From Camelus dromedarius (taxonomy: Eukaryota): a DNA stretch of 64,000 nucleotides. Positions within the stretch are counted from its first letter, which is position 1. Each line of letters opens with the position of its first letter. Below, piece after piece: positions 63,615 through 64,000 of the stretch. The notes under the pieces were generated by a model. That model saw only the letters and a list, made by a program, of their open reading frames with translations, did no database searches and was not told where the DNA came from. The DNA lies in NCBI RefSeq assembly GCF_036321535.1, contig NC_087436.1:37202001-37266000 (forward strand). Direction: 5' to 3'. A program made the translations under genes and the position numbers.

Positions 63615-63750
63615 ATACTATTTTCACATTTTAAAAGCAAGGAAATTGAGGTTCGAGGAGGGTAAGTGACTTGCTTGAAGACACATAGACAAGGGTAGAT
63701 TAAGGCTTTCTGCCCTGAGCTCCCAACTCCATGTCTGGTGTTCTTTCCTC
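63615..63750. mobile_element. MIR SINE core
   Basis: aggaaattgaggttcgaggagggtaagtgacttgcttgaagacaca. Confidence 0.75.
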
Positions 63751-63899
63751 TTGTCTTGCTGAAGACGATGAAGAAAGATGAGAGTGTGGATAATAACCAA
63801 ATAGATTATTGAGTCAGCAGCTTTTCAGGGTTGGTCTTTTCAAAGATCACCATTAAATTTGTTGAAGCAAGTAACTTAAGCTCAAGTATGGTGTTAGGA

Positions 63900-64000
63900 T
63901 TTAATCAGAGCTCTCAGTCTTAACTATGGCTCTATCCATTTGTGGGTGGTCTTGGAAAAATCTCTTCAACTGTGAAGTTCAGTTTTCCTCACCTATAAAA
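63900..64000. mobile_element. MIR fragment in the opposite orientation, cut by the window end
   Basis: tcttggaaaaatctcttcaactgtgaagttcagttttcctcacctataaaa. Confidence 0.6.

Overview
This is AT-rich mammalian nuclear DNA, very probably camelid (alpaca, llama or camel). The evidence is six copies of a tRNA-Ala(AGC)-derived SINE of the Vic-1 type and two copies of a young L1 subfamily. The window is dominated by layered, decayed interspersed repeats: many L1s including a formerly full-length one at 26.7-36.4 kb carrying four nested events, an ERVL pol remnant with an LTR41-like LTR, MLT1/MLT2/MER21/LTR40-like and ERV1 solo LTRs, Tigger and hAT MITEs, L2 and MIR. No intact protein-coding ORF is visible; the ORF-track hits are L1 ORF2 pieces or chance ORFs. 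The younger L1s and 5 of 6 SINEs are on the minus strand, which fits a long intron of a + strand gene that I cannot name. The most notable items are: a compact CpG- and motif-rich candidate internal promoter/first exon at ~14.2-14.47 kb; a well-formed 36-nt candidate exon ending ATG|GTAAGT at 18242-18277; two ~270-310 bp local templated duplications; an L1 whose ORF1 is replaced by a tail-less ORF2 fragment; an L1 with its extreme 5' end fused to mid-ORF2; and a twin-primed L1. I see no convincing novel multi-gene system. Subfamily names are recalled from memory, not from a database search, and boundaries of old repeats are approximate.
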